Shown here piece after piece: positions 11,433-21,519 of a stretch of DNA of 64,000 nucleotides. The notes beneath the pieces were generated by a model. The model made no database searches, had not been told where the DNA came from, and was given only the letters and a program-made list of their open reading frames with translations. The stretch spans positions 1,408,001 to 1,472,000 of the forward strand of contig CAWBKB010000001.1 in assembly GCA_963789265.1 (NCBI GenBank), given 5' to 3'. Position numbers and translations under genes: made by a program. The stretch comes from an uncultured delta proteobacterium. Lineage in GTDB: Bacteria > Desulfobacterota > Desulfomonilia > Desulfomonilales > Desulfomonilaceae. Within the stretch, counting starts at the first letter, position 1; each line of letters opens with the position of its first letter.

Positions 11433-11768
11433 ATGGCTGAGCTTACTAACCAGGCACTTGAAGAAATGGTCCAAGTCATCGTTGATGCCGCGCATCCCGA
11501 GCAGGTTATTCTTTTTGGGTCTCGATCCCGAGGCGGTTATCTCACTGGCTCAGACGTGGACCTGCTAATAATAGAATCTGACCCCTTTGACAATAACAGA
11601 AGCCGCAAGAAAGAGATGACCAGACTTTGGAAGGCCCTATCCTCCTTTCCCTTTGCCAAGGACATTCTGGTCTATAGCCGCGATGAAGTCGAGTATTGGC
11701 GCCATTCCTTGAACAATGTGGTCGCGAGAGCATTGAGAGAAGGCAAGGTGCTCTATGAGAGACCTTAG
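11433..11768 (+). CDS. Nucleotidyltransferase domain protein (MNT)
   Basis: ILFGSRSRG...SDVDLLII; ALREGKVLYE C-terminus. Confidence 0.9.
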   Translation: MAELTNQALEEMVQVIVDAAHPEQVILFGSRSRGGYLTGSDVDLLIIESDPFDNNRSRKKEMTRLWKALSSFPFAKDILVYSRDEVEYWRHSLNNVVARALREGKVLYERP

Positions 11769-12153
11769 GCAAGCCGGCGTCCTCCTCGAGATGGCCAATA
11801 AAGAATTCAAGGCATTAAAGGGTATGATGAACGCCGAAGTTTTCGATGAAGAAATCTTTGGGTTCCATGCTCAGCAAGCAATTGAAAAATCCCTCAAGGC
11901 CTGGCTCGCGCTTCTCGGCAAAGAATATCCGTTGACTCATGACATTAGCGCACTACTAGATCTTTTGAGAGAAAGCGGAGAAAACGTCTCCCAATACTGG
12001 GATCTCATGGAATACAACGTTTATGCCGTAAGATTTCGGTATGAATCTCTTGAACTTCATGATGAATGTTTGAACCGAGAAACTGCTGTTCAAGCAGTAA
12101 GAAAACTCATAGCAAGCGTTAGGCTAATGCTGGACGGAACAACAGAAGAGTAA
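11755..12153 (+). CDS. HEPN domain protein
   Basis: FHAQQAIEKSLKA, THDI, RFRY; overlaps the MNT gene. Confidence 0.9.
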   Translation: MRDLRQAGVLLEMANKEFKALKGMMNAEVFDEEIFGFHAQQAIEKSLKAWLALLGKEYPLTHDISALLDLLRESGENVSQYWDLMEYNVYAVRFRYESLELHDECLNRETAVQAVRKLIASVRLMLDGTTEE

Positions 12154-12470
12154 CGAAGCGGAACAGTAAATAAGCATCCGCCCTTCATCCAATTTTTCAG
12201 ACCTCGATGCTGCTAGGCCGCACGCTCATCTCGCGAATCAATTCGTTGCGCCGTGTTCGAATTCCGCTGCGGACATGAAAAATAGTACCCGAAAGATTAT
12301 ATTATTGCCTGTGTCGGACGGAGGGACGAACCTCAAGACAACTAACATCAACAAGCTCATTGAATTGATGGGGATAAGGGCATTATCGTCTCAAGGCGGA
12401 AGAAAGCGGAGTTGTCATGGCAAAAATGTCCTGACTTTTATCCCCCGCGGCGCTGCTCTACTCCCTTGAC

Positions 12471-13556
12471 TCAGTGAAGAATTTGGTGTGATACCAGCCT
12501 GTTGTACAGTTCGTTTGGATGCCCGTCCTTGACCGCATATTTGTGCCAATCAAACCCTCCGAGTTGCTCGTGTTTGACGACCGCGTCTCGGGCCATAATG
12601 TAATCAATATGATTCCTCCGAAAGAGCTCGATCAGAAATTGCACCCGCCAGTCCGGCGGTCTAATCATTCTCTTACTCCATTCAAATATCACGAAGACGT
12701 GGGGTATCTTGCGCCTCTTCAGATCTTTCGACATTTCGAGAAGGATGGCTCTACCAATCGTTTTAATGTTGGTTCTACGTTCTTCCCTGGATTTGAACCA
12801 TGATGCGAGACATTCCGGGAGCAGCCCTCCGTGTATTGCGAGTTCCCACAAATAGCAGAAAATCGTTGGGGGATGACGGTTAAAGAATTCGTCGACGTTA
12901 GAATTGAGGTGAGCATTATGGCATTTGAGCTTGCCTTTTTTCACGGTAAAGAATGGTTTAAGCTCCCAGGTCACGGGAGTGATATTTCTGTCCAAATCAT
13001 AGTTCAAAACGCCTATTACCACGATCGGAGACTTATAATTTGCGATTGTCTTTTTGTATAACAAGTAAACCTGGTCAACTCCGTAACCTCCCACTCCGTA
13101 GTTCACCAAATAGTGTGTGTCCTTGAATTTAGTATTTCGATTTAGTACGTCCTGAAATCACCCACCCCGGCAGGTGGTGCACTCCACAAAAGAATCGCCG
13201 TAGAGCAGGACCGGGGTTCTATTCCCTATGTTTACGTCATCAATATTTGCATAAGCTCTCGAAGCCTTTATTCGTGCGTTTGTCCATCCAAGAAGCTTAT
13301 CGGAAGGTTCCCGGTACTTCCGGCCAAGAAAATGCCGTAGTTTGAAATAGTTGCTGTGCCACTCATTTGCAAAAAGTTCAGGGCGCTTTAGTGTCCGCAT
13401 AAAAGGGGCATCACTGAACAACAATGCTCTGAACAGAACCTCAGCCAACAGGACCGCCAAGAAAGTGGAGAGCACTACTGCGACAAGTGCAAAGATCCAA
13501 TGGAACTTCTTTGTGCGAGGCGGATCCGAGGTGGTCGTTGCGACATCCGATGACAT
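12471..13556 (-). CDS. SGNH/GDSL hydrolase-family membrane-anchored protein, frameshift near 13160
   Basis: YGDSF (block I) in 13158..13556; NYGVGGYG and DGHPN in 12471..13109. Confidence 0.75.
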
Positions 13557-13706
13557 ATTTCAGATTTTGGCTCCTGAAAATTTCATGCCTTTCACAAGCA
13601 CCGGGGAACTCGGGGGCGTCAGCAAGCGGGCCGAAGGTCGCTGCGGCCCCGAAATCAGTCCGGGCCGCGGCCGGTTTGGCGAGTCATTTGTTGCCTGGCG
13701 TTTCAG

Positions 13707-13722
13707 TGGTATCAGAATTGCT
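13707..13722 (+). promoter_or_regulatory. Putative sigma54 -24/-12 promoter
   Basis: TGGTATCAGAATTGCT has GG-N10-GC spacing, upstream of the sugar transferase. Confidence 0.5.
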
Positions 13723-13972
13723 GTGTGCATTCAACAGTCCAGGTCGAATAGAGGCATCCAGCGAGGCGCGGGATCGTGCGGACGCGGAAAGAAAACAGAA
13801 TTCTCTGCGTTCGTCGTGACCGACTATTGCAAGAATTCTTGGACGTTAGAGATAAGCAGTTACTTCCAGAAATCATTTGACACGCTCAGTCCTTGTCGAG
13901 TAAGCTACCAAGAATTGAGTTCGACGTTTGAATTGTCTATCATTTTTCTTTTCATGAAGAAGGGGACCGGTT

Positions 13973-15532
13973 TTGGGGTATGTGAAGGCAATTGAAGAAC
14001 CGGAGCCTGCGGTTACCCAACTATTGGAGGGGAAGCCTAGGCTCGCATCTGAGAGGCTTTGGGGCAGCAAGCTTTGGCATCATCGCGCGATAGCGCTTTT
14101 CTTCCTTGACGCCAATATCATCTTTTGGACTTTCCTGGTTGCTTACGTGATACGGTTTCACGTGTGGGCTCCGGGGGCTACCGCTGAAACTCAGATTGTT
14201 CCTCCTCTGATTGAATACGCCAAGGCTTCGGCTTTATTCACGATGTTTTGGTGCGTGTTGTCATGGCACGGCGGTGGTTACTCGACCGGTCTCCATCAGG
14301 TCGTACCCTTTACATTTGGAATTCGTCGGCTCTTCTCCTCGGGGGTGATAGCCCTCAGCCTGTTAATGATGATCTCTTTCGCGTATAGGCCGCTGCTGCT
14401 GTCACGATTGGTCTATTGCTTCGCCTTTGCAGGGGCTGCTTTTCTGCTATCCGCCCTACGGTTCGGGCTTGGTGTTATTGAAAAGAAATTGGCAAAATTC
14501 GGGATTGGCATCCAGAGGACACTCATAGTTGGTAGTGATGGCAATGCAAGAGCTTTCCTGGACCGCTTGGAAAAGTTCGCAAAGAAACCTGGTGAAGTTG
14601 TAGGATTCGTCCATTGCCACAGCGACGAGACCCTGGGAAATCATTGGGACCCGGCGTGCAGGTGTCTTGGGATTGCTGACGAGATTCCACAGATATATGC
14701 AGCGACACCATTCGATCGGTTAGTCATCGCGTCTGAATATCTGATCAACGCGGCTGAATGTGCCCCGAATTCTAATAATAATAAGCTGGTGTCAGTATTG
14801 AATTTTTGTGAGGGGAAGGGCATAGGAGTGTACCTAATCCCCTCTTGTGCCGAAATAATTGTGTCTCGCGCAGAAGCCGGCAGCTTTTTCGGCATGCCTG
14901 TGCTTATGCTGCGTGACGCGGCAATACATCCTGTGTATCGGATCGTGAAACGTCTGATGGACATAATCATGTCGTTGGCAGTCGTTGTTTTGGGTTTGCC
15001 CGTATGGATTGCCGTTGCGATCATTATCAGACTGTCCAGCAAGGGACCGGTGCTCTACTCTCAGGAGCGAGTGGGCCTGCACAGCAAACCATTCACCATG
15101 TACAAATTTCGTTCCATGGTGCATAATGCAGACGAGAAACTCCGACAAATGGTGGACTTCGACAATATCGAGGAACCTGTCTTCAATATACGCAAAGATC
15201 CGCGGGTAACGTTGATCGGAAAGTTTCTCCGACGAACAAGCCTTGACGAGATACCTCAATTTATCAACGTCTTACTGGGATCCATGAGCGTTGTTGGGCC
15301 TCGGCCGGAACGAACCGAACTCGTCGAGAAATACAGCCCTTACCATAGTCGGCGGCTCAAGGCCAAACCCGGTATCACCGGCTATCAGCAGGTGATGAGC
15401 CGTGGAGATCCTTCTTTAGCCAAGAGAATAGAGTACGACTTGTTCTACCTGAAGTATCAAAGCCTATGGCTAGACCTGATAATTCTGTTTAGGACGGTTG
15501 TAGTGGTGTTCAGAGGCGACGGTATGAAATGA
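13973..15532 (+). CDS. Polyprenyl-phosphate sugar phosphotransferase (WcaJ/WbaP-like priming glycosyltransferase)
   Basis: N-terminal TMs; KRLMDI, YKFRSM, DPRVT, SLDEIPQ, GPRPE, KPGITG motifs. Confidence 0.92.
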   Translation: MGYVKAIEEPEPAVTQLLEGKPRLASERLWGSKLWHHRAIALFFLDANIIFWTFLVAYVIRFHVWAPGATAETQIVPPLIEYAKASALFTMFWCVLSWHGGGYSTGLHQVVPFTFGIRRLFSSGVIALSLLMMISFAYRPLLLSRLVYCFAFAGAAFLLSALRFGLGVIEKKLAKFGIGIQRTLIVGSDGNARAFLDRLEKFAKKPGEVVGFVHCHSDETLGNHWDPACRCLGIADEIPQIYAATPFDRLVIASEYLINAAECAPNSNNNKLVSVLNFCEGKGIGVYLIPSCAEIIVSRAEAGSFFGMPVLMLRDAAIHPVYRIVKRLMDIIMSLAVVVLGLPVWIAVAIIIRLSSKGPVLYSQERVGLHSKPFTMYKFRSMVHNADEKLRQMVDFDNIEEPVFNIRKDPRVTLIGKFLRRTSLDEIPQFINVLLGSMSVVGPRPERTELVEKYSPYHSRRLKAKPGITGYQQVMSRGDPSLAKRIEYDLFYLKYQSLWLDLIILFRTVVVVFRGDGMK

Positions 15533-15574
15533 TACTAATGCGCGGTCAAACAAGTGACAATTTTAGACAGTATG

Positions 15575-15762
15575 TGGTGGGACAGTCCCGCACGGAACGC
15601 GGCACTGTCTGCCAGTCGGTAGCCCGGCCTTCGATTCGCGGGTAGCGCCGGCGTCTCTGCCGGCGACTCGCGAAGAACCGGCACAGAGGCCGGTCCTACT
15701 GGATGCCCACGTACACGGGCATGACGACATAAAATCCGGTCCATGCGGGACTGTGCCACCAG
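15575..15762. repeat. Nested palindromic REP-like element between convergent genes
   Basis: tggtgggacagtcccgca ... tgcgggactgtgccacca outer IR, enclosing gccggcgtctctgccggc / accggcacagaggccggt. Confidence 0.6.
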
Positions 15763-15876
15763 AAACACAGTGTCACTTGCTCGAAAGCGAATCGGTACAA
15801 AAGGGCGAAAGTAGCGATCATAGAAGCTCTGTGATGAGCTACTCGCAATATTCAGTCGTATGAGTCCCGAGGCTAC

Positions 15877-16941
15877 TCAAGGCGTATCGCGGCCGCGGCA
15901 CTTGGTTAAGATATTCTTGCTTATATAATTCCCTATTTCGTCTGCGGCCAACTTGTTTCCTGCGATGTTCCAGTGAGTGTCCCTGGGTTTGTACAGACGC
16001 TTATCTACAGCAGCCCGTTTGAACGGCTCCAATAAGTCAAGTTGCTTGACATTCATTTTTTCAAGCCAGCGGGCCAGCATCTTGTTGGGCAGAGCAAAGT
16101 CGAACCGATCTTTCCCTCGATTGGACTCGGTCACAACTTCCGATTGAAGCGCAGAGTTAACTTGCACCTCATCGGGGATCATGACTACCAGCAAATCTAT
16201 TCCTCTGGCGTTGCATGTCTCCTTTATCTCGCGCAATTGTGCAATAGCCCAGTCGAATAGGGAATTAAACTTGGCGTAATTCTTGACAAAAATCCTACTT
16301 CTGCCGTTTTCGCAGTGCATAAAAACGGCATTGGTGAGGGTCGGTTTGTCATCCGGATAAACTGCTTTTCCGTGGTAAATTGTACCTTCGAAACCGCTGA
16401 ACAGGTCATAGACAAACTTTATAAACGAAGCAACGTACGAATATGTATAGGTGGGCCTGTCATTTGGCAGAAAATCGTTCCCGATAAAGAAACATACGAT
16501 CACCAGGTCGGGATTATACTCCAACCCTTCATGCACCAGAACGGAGAGATAGTCTTCCGGATCAAGCCACGGAATACCCATATTTATTACCTCCGCCTTG
16601 GTACATTGATTGAGTCGCTTTTGCAATAAGGTCAGGAAGTTGAACCGGTACGGCACAACTCCAAAGGCGAATGAATCCCCAAGCCCAAGAATTCTGTATA
16701 CGTCGGGCTCTCTCTCCTTCTTGCGCTCTACATCCTTAAACCCTTTGGAATTCAGATGAAAATCCCAATCTTCTGCAAACGGCTTGCCACGAAAACGGTT
16801 GTAGGAGTTGTCGTAAAAAATATATGTAGGGTAAATTTGGTGGCAAATTCTCAGGGCTATTTCCGCCAAAAAGAAAGTAATGATGAAAATTATCACTATA
16901 TTAAGTATGAACTTCAGCAGCTTGGAATAATTTCCTGTCAC
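15877..16941 (-). CDS. SGNH/GDSL hydrolase-family protein (AlgJ/AlgX-like)
   Basis: GLGDSFAFG, INMG, IGND, DTHWN; N-terminal TM. Confidence 0.85.
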   Translation of the reverse strand: MTGNYSKLLKFILNIVIIFIITFFLAEIALRICHQIYPTYIFYDNSYNRFRGKPFAEDWDFHLNSKGFKDVERKKEREPDVYRILGLGDSFAFGVVPYRFNFLTLLQKRLNQCTKAEVINMGIPWLDPEDYLSVLVHEGLEYNPDLVIVCFFIGNDFLPNDRPTYTYSYVASFIKFVYDLFSGFEGTIYHGKAVYPDDKPTLTNAVFMHCENGRSRIFVKNYAKFNSLFDWAIAQLREIKETCNARGIDLLVVMIPDEVQVNSALQSEVVTESNRGKDRFDFALPNKMLARWLEKMNVKQLDLLEPFKRAAVDKRLYKPRDTHWNIAGNKLAADEIGNYISKNILTKCRGRDTP

Positions 16942-17020
16942 CGGCTAGGCTCCTTCCGAATATTTTAAGGGATTTCTCGTGAGACCGAGGTTCTCCGAGA
17001 GAGCGGGGGATACAGGCGTG

Positions 17021-17611
17021 TTACGGGAAAAGTTTGTCTATGTTTTGCCTTACTTCCTCCAACCAGGCTTTGCGTTGTTCTTCAGTGCTCGTGACGATAA
17101 TATTGAACATCGTCCGGTAAGTCTTCGCGACTCCGCAGAGATCGAAAATACAATTCTTCCACAGGATGTCAAGCGGATCGCCAAAGACTTTCTTTTCTCT
17201 CTCAGTTTCGGTATTCGACGTGTTGAATATTGCCGCAACTCTTGCTTTCATCAGGCCATTGGGTATTCCTTCGCCTGCATCGTCTTCCAGAAATTCGTAG
17301 GCGCAACCGGGCCTTATGACTCTGTCAATCCAGCCTTTCAGTATTGCCGGAGGCTGTCCCCACCAGTTCGGGTGTACCACTACTATGCCTTCCGCTTCGG
17401 AAATTTCCCCGCAGTGAACCGCTACTTCTTCCGGCAACTTGGCATCCTTAGATATTTCCTCGGCGGGAAGTATGGGATCGAACTTTTCTTCGTACAAATC
17501 GTGAAAACGGACTTCGTGCGCATTCCGCTTAAGCTGCTCAATAGCGGCTTGCGCTATGGCGTGATTGAAACTCCCCTTTTGAGGATGAGCAAGAATGACC
17601 AATACCTTCAC
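17021..17611 (-). CDS. NAD(P)H-dependent quinone oxidoreductase, flavodoxin-like fold
   Basis: VILAHPQKGSFNHA, PNWWGQPPAILKGWIDRV. Confidence 0.9.
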   Translation of the reverse strand: MKVLVILAHPQKGSFNHAIAQAAIEQLKRNAHEVRFHDLYEEKFDPILPAEEISKDAKLPEEVAVHCGEISEAEGIVVVHPNWWGQPPAILKGWIDRVIRPGCAYEFLEDDAGEGIPNGLMKARVAAIFNTSNTETEREKKVFGDPLDILWKNCIFDLCGVAKTYRTMFNIIVTSTEEQRKAWLEEVRQNIDKLFP

Positions 17612-17666
17612 AGTGTACTGTGCCTTTCATCCGGAGTTAAATGGATTACAACCGTTCAGCGGGCGA

Positions 17667-18197
17667 TCAAACTCGCAGTATGCCTCTCACCTTTTCGGCA
17701 ATCTCCAGCAAATCGGATTCGTTCGGCCTTCCTTTAATGTTGCCCAGCCGACCGCTCTCGGAAAGGTATGCGAGCCTGCCGTGAAATTCGCCTACTATAA
17801 ACCATTCGCCCAGAATTTCGTATCCAAGATGGTCGAACAATTGGCCCATATATTTTACAGCAGGAACCGCCTCGTTCGTGCCGGTGTGGCCTCCGCCGAA
17901 TGTGCAATAAATGATAGCTTTCTTCCCGGCTCTTCTAGGAGACGCAGGTTTTATCTCACCTGAACGGTATTTCTCCCGTTGTTTTTCTATGAATTCGATT
18001 AAAGGCTTTCCAGGCATCCACGTGTAAACTCCTGACCCCATGAACACGAAATCATAGCCCAGGATTTCAACTTCCGTATCCTTGGTGACCTTGCAAGTCT
18101 CCACCTCATGACCAATCTCAAGCAAGGTATTTTCAATGCGGCTTGCGACTTTTTCGGTGTTTCCCGTGGCTGAGAAATAGAGATTAAGGATTTTCAT
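17667..18197 (-). CDS. Flavodoxin family protein
   Basis: YFSATGNTEKVA FMN-binding loop; GRPNESDL. Confidence 0.85.
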   Translation of the reverse strand: MKILNLYFSATGNTEKVASRIENTLLEIGHEVETCKVTKDTEVEILGYDFVFMGSGVYTWMPGKPLIEFIEKQREKYRSGEIKPASPRRAGKKAIIYCTFGGGHTGTNEAVPAVKYMGQLFDHLGYEILGEWFIVGEFHGRLAYLSESGRLGNIKGRPNESDLLEIAEKVRGILRV

Positions 18198-18322
18198 AAA
18201 GGTTTCCTCATATAGAGATTCGGATAAAGATTCCCGGAGTATTGATTGAATGCCTGCCCTATCCCATTGTTGGGTGTATCCAATCGCCGCCCACGGTCAA
18301 TCAGAATCTTCACCGCAGTTTT

Positions 18323-18845
18323 TCACTTGAGCGGCCCCATCGAGAGCTTGACATCATCGATCCAGACTGTGCCGGTTCCGTTGACGACCACGTTCAGCTT
18401 CACATTGTCCGGTTTCTGGCCGCTTTTGAGGAAGAAAGGCGTTTCTACAGTGGTCCATTTGTTGGTGCCGCTGAGGGAGTTTTGCAGTCCACACGAAAAA
18501 GAACTCTCCTTTGCCGGGAAAACTACACCACATCTCCAGATACGCCTGACCTTTGACGTTGTCTGTTCGAAGCTTCGCCTTATAGATTAACCGAGCATTA
18601 TCAACGTCCATAGGTCCGGTTTCAAATAGTCTGACGGTTCTCGGTTCATTAGCGGTTATTTTCACAGAGCCCTGCCTTGTGGTGGAAATGTCCTTGTCTA
18701 TAGTCACATCCGTTTGGGTGATTATCTCGCTTAGGTTGTCTGTAGGAAAACTCTTGAGATCCGCCAAAGGAGCTTGGCTCTTGGAGCAACCAAATATCGT
18801 GACCGCCAATATTAGAACAACTAAAGCCTTCATTCTGTTATTCAC
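18323..18845 (-). CDS. Lipoprotein of unknown function (galactose-binding-like fold possible), frameshift near 18497
   Basis: Lipobox IFGC. The second frame continues GLQNSLSGTNKWTTVETPFFLKSGQKPDNVKLNVVVNGTGTVWIDDVKL to TGA at 18323. Confidence 0.7.
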
Positions 18846-18948
18846 GTCTCGCTCCTATCCGTCCTTTCTCACACGAATCTGAATTCAGTGATGGCTCGCC
18901 GAAGTAAGTCCGACCAGGAGACAACATAGGATTGCTCTGCGTACGACG

Positions 18949-18991
18949 CAAGTTAAATGACCCTCGGCAAAACCGGGGGTCATTTAACTTG
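18949..18991. repeat. 19-bp stem hairpin
   Basis: caagttaaatgaccctcgg-caaaa-ccgggggtcatttaacttg (one G-T pair). Confidence 0.75.
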
Positions 18992-19137
18992 GAACCATTT
19001 AACTCCCAAGACCTCAAAAGGCCGACGCATCGTGTTGCGAAAGCTTCTCGGCCAGGTTTGACCCCTGCTCATTTCTCCGGAATTCAGACGTAGCCCAATC
19101 TCAAGACAAGCGGGATCTTTCCCCAAACCAGTACACG

Positions 19138-19671
19138 TCACTTCGCCTCAGGCTTGGCAGGTGCCTGGGGGGGATGAATCTCCTTCTCGAATTCCTTGGT
19201 CATCGTCTGGATTTTCGGCATTAGCCCAGTCATTATTTTCTGGCTCAATTCGAAGGACCGTTTCAAAATCTCCGGTTGCTTTTTTATGAAAGCCTGTCCC
19301 GAGGGCGTTTTGTAAAAGGCAATGATGTCCTTCATTTCTGGTTCGGTGTAAGTTTCCGCATAGAGAGTAATGTACTGGTCTTTCATTTTGTCCCAACTCA
19401 TCCCGTCTCTCACAATGTCCGTGATCTTTTTCATGAAATTCGCCATTTTCGCCTGCAAAGCAGGATCTTTGGACGCGGGATTCATTCTTTGGATTTGTGA
19501 GACGATCATCTGCTGAAACATTGTAAGTGCTCTCTGTTGTGTATCCTTCACGTTGAGCAATTCGAGCAATTCTCCGGCCAGCGCTTGCTTCGACTGATCT
19601 TGCGCGCTTGCCGCCAACCCCGCAGCAACAAACACAATGATAGCTGCCCCAATACATGCTGCTTTCTTCAT
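19138..19671 (-). CDS. DUF2059 domain exported protein
   Basis: Signal peptide; LYAETYTEPEMKDIIAFYKTPSGQAF motif. Confidence 0.85.
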   Translation of the reverse strand: MKKAACIGAAIIVFVAAGLAASAQDQSKQALAGELLELLNVKDTQQRALTMFQQMIVSQIQRMNPASKDPALQAKMANFMKKITDIVRDGMSWDKMKDQYITLYAETYTEPEMKDIIAFYKTPSGQAFIKKQPEILKRSFELSQKIMTGLMPKIQTMTKEFEKEIHPPQAPAKPEAK

Positions 19672-19994
19672 GCCATTCTCCTTTGAACGTCAGACTCAAT
19701 GATCCGATGATTTACCAGGCCCATATAAACGCTCACATTTTAATACGCGGTGGCCTGGATGTGTCCACATTTACGCCGGAATTATGCCGCAATCTTGGTA
19801 TCTTGGACATCCTGGAGACCGGTAAACGGGCGAGAGATTCGCATCTCCAATTCTAATGCCGCTCCCACTATAGCCCAAAAGACGGCAAGAAAACCGTCAC
19901 GTTTCTCAGAAATACACTTTCCGAGATGTTGAGCATATCTCACTGAATACTCGTGGTCAATTAGAATCTTGCGAACGTTTGTGGTCCGTAATCC

Positions 19995-20192
19995 CTCAAT
20001 TACGAGCGGCAAAAGATTGTCATTGCGAGTCCCGCGGGACGCGGGAAAGCAATCTTTTCCTTTTAACGCCGTTTAGATTGCCGGTGGGACGGGCATCTTG
20101 CCCGTCATCCCTAATAGACAGGCTGGAAGCCTGTCCCACCATGAACTCCTCGCAATGACAGGGTGCCAACAACTCTCTCTCGTAACCGAATG
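19995..20192. repeat. ~200-bp nested-palindrome MITE/REPIN-like element, copy 2 (inverted)
   Basis: Reverse complement of 8430..8629, with a nearly identical core at 20006-20161. Confidence 0.8.
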
Positions 20193-20213
20193 CTTACTGT
20201 GGTCCAATAATTA

Positions 20214-20783
20214 CTATTGACGGAGACTCCCGCCGACCGTTTCCGATAAGTCCTCTAACCATGATATGACGGCTTCAATCGTAACCAATTTGAACTCCAG
20301 AGAACGAGCTTCTATCTGTGTCTTGCACAAATTCTTGGACCTTTTCAACTTTCCGACCTTTTCTCGGCACAAGTGCAATTGTTCGTTGATCAGATTCTTT
20401 TCCGATTCGGGACCGAGTTTTTGGGCAAACCAAAGTTTGGTCAGGAACTCCAGCCTCATATCTCTCGTATGCCGTACCGGGGTGTTTGCCCACTGCTCGA
20501 ACGCCTCATGACCCTCCGGAGTAAGGGAAAAGATGTTCTTTGCGGGCAGGTTTTCTTGCCCAACTCGTTCGTGCAAGACTAGCCCTTCGCGTTCAAGTTT
20601 GGCTAAGAGGGCGTACACCTGACTCTTGCCCAGCCGCCAGATCGACCCTATCCCCTCGCCCAGTCGGCGGCACATGTCGTATCCGTGAAGCGGGCCTCCC
20701 AAGAGAATGCCCAGGACCGGATATTCAGCCGGGTTACGACTTACCGGTGTGGCGGTCTTAGCTTTGTGCAGGCTAGGCATCAT
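20214..20783 (-). CDS. PadR family transcriptional regulator
   Basis: VLGILLGGPLHGYD, QVYALLAKLEREGLV, FSLTPEG. Confidence 0.9.
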   Translation of the reverse strand: MMPSLHKAKTATPVSRNPAEYPVLGILLGGPLHGYDMCRRLGEGIGSIWRLGKSQVYALLAKLEREGLVLHERVGQENLPAKNIFSLTPEGHEAFEQWANTPVRHTRDMRLEFLTKLWFAQKLGPESEKNLINEQLHLCREKVGKLKRSKNLCKTQIEARSLEFKLVTIEAVISWLEDLSETVGGSLRQ

Positions 20784-21042
20784 CTAACGAGATACCACAA
20801 TATCTCTTTGTGCGGCAACTCCTAAAACGTTCCTGTCAGTTTGAAAGATCGCCGGAAAAGCTGACCCTTCACCGCACAAGTTGCGAGGGCAGCGCTCATC
20901 GCCAAGCCCACAGAGTTGGCGAGGACGCCAATGCCTCTCTCATTCTGTCACCCAAGGAGGCACTTGTTAGGAGTTCATTTTGTGCACCCGGGCCGTACGG
21001 TAAATGTGACTTCGATATGTCCCTAAGCCACTTGGCGGCGCA

Positions 21043-21375
21043 TCAGATCCTGTCTCCATTGGGCAGGAGATTTGAAGGCAATGGCTGCGGGGCCGCCACT
21101 CTTTCAATCAGTTTCCTTCGCTCACATTTAGTCCCTCTCTGGACAAAACAATAATGTTGAGCCCAGAAATTCTTGGACCCAGGATCGCGAAATCTCGTGA
21201 ACATGGCCATACATGCTTCGAGGTGCTCACAAGTTTCCTCCATCCTCTCCTCCCATCTCCCATCAAAGTCCTGGAGCACGGCAAGATGCATTCCGTTAGG
21301 CAGAAGCGCTCTATCAACACGAACGGCAATGCCTTTGATGTCTGGATGAACCCGCAAAGGGAAGAACTTGCTCAT
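21043..21375 (-). CDS. Hypothetical protein
   Basis: ATG-started 110-aa ORF with protein-like composition; no recognised motif. Confidence 0.35.
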   Translation of the reverse strand: MSKFFPLRVHPDIKGIAVRVDRALLPNGMHLAVLQDFDGRWEERMEETCEHLEACMAMFTRFRDPGSKNFWAQHYCFVQRGTKCERRKLIERVAAPQPLPSNLLPNGDRI

Positions 21376-21519
21376 GTAAGGGAAGGCGCCCTATTCAGAG
21401 CAGGTCTCACTGCATATACTTTCCACCTTTGGAATTACTCAGCGGGGCATCACACCGACGTCTCCGGCGCTGAGACCGGGATGGTATACATCGGACCGGA
21501 AACTTATCGGATGCCGCTC

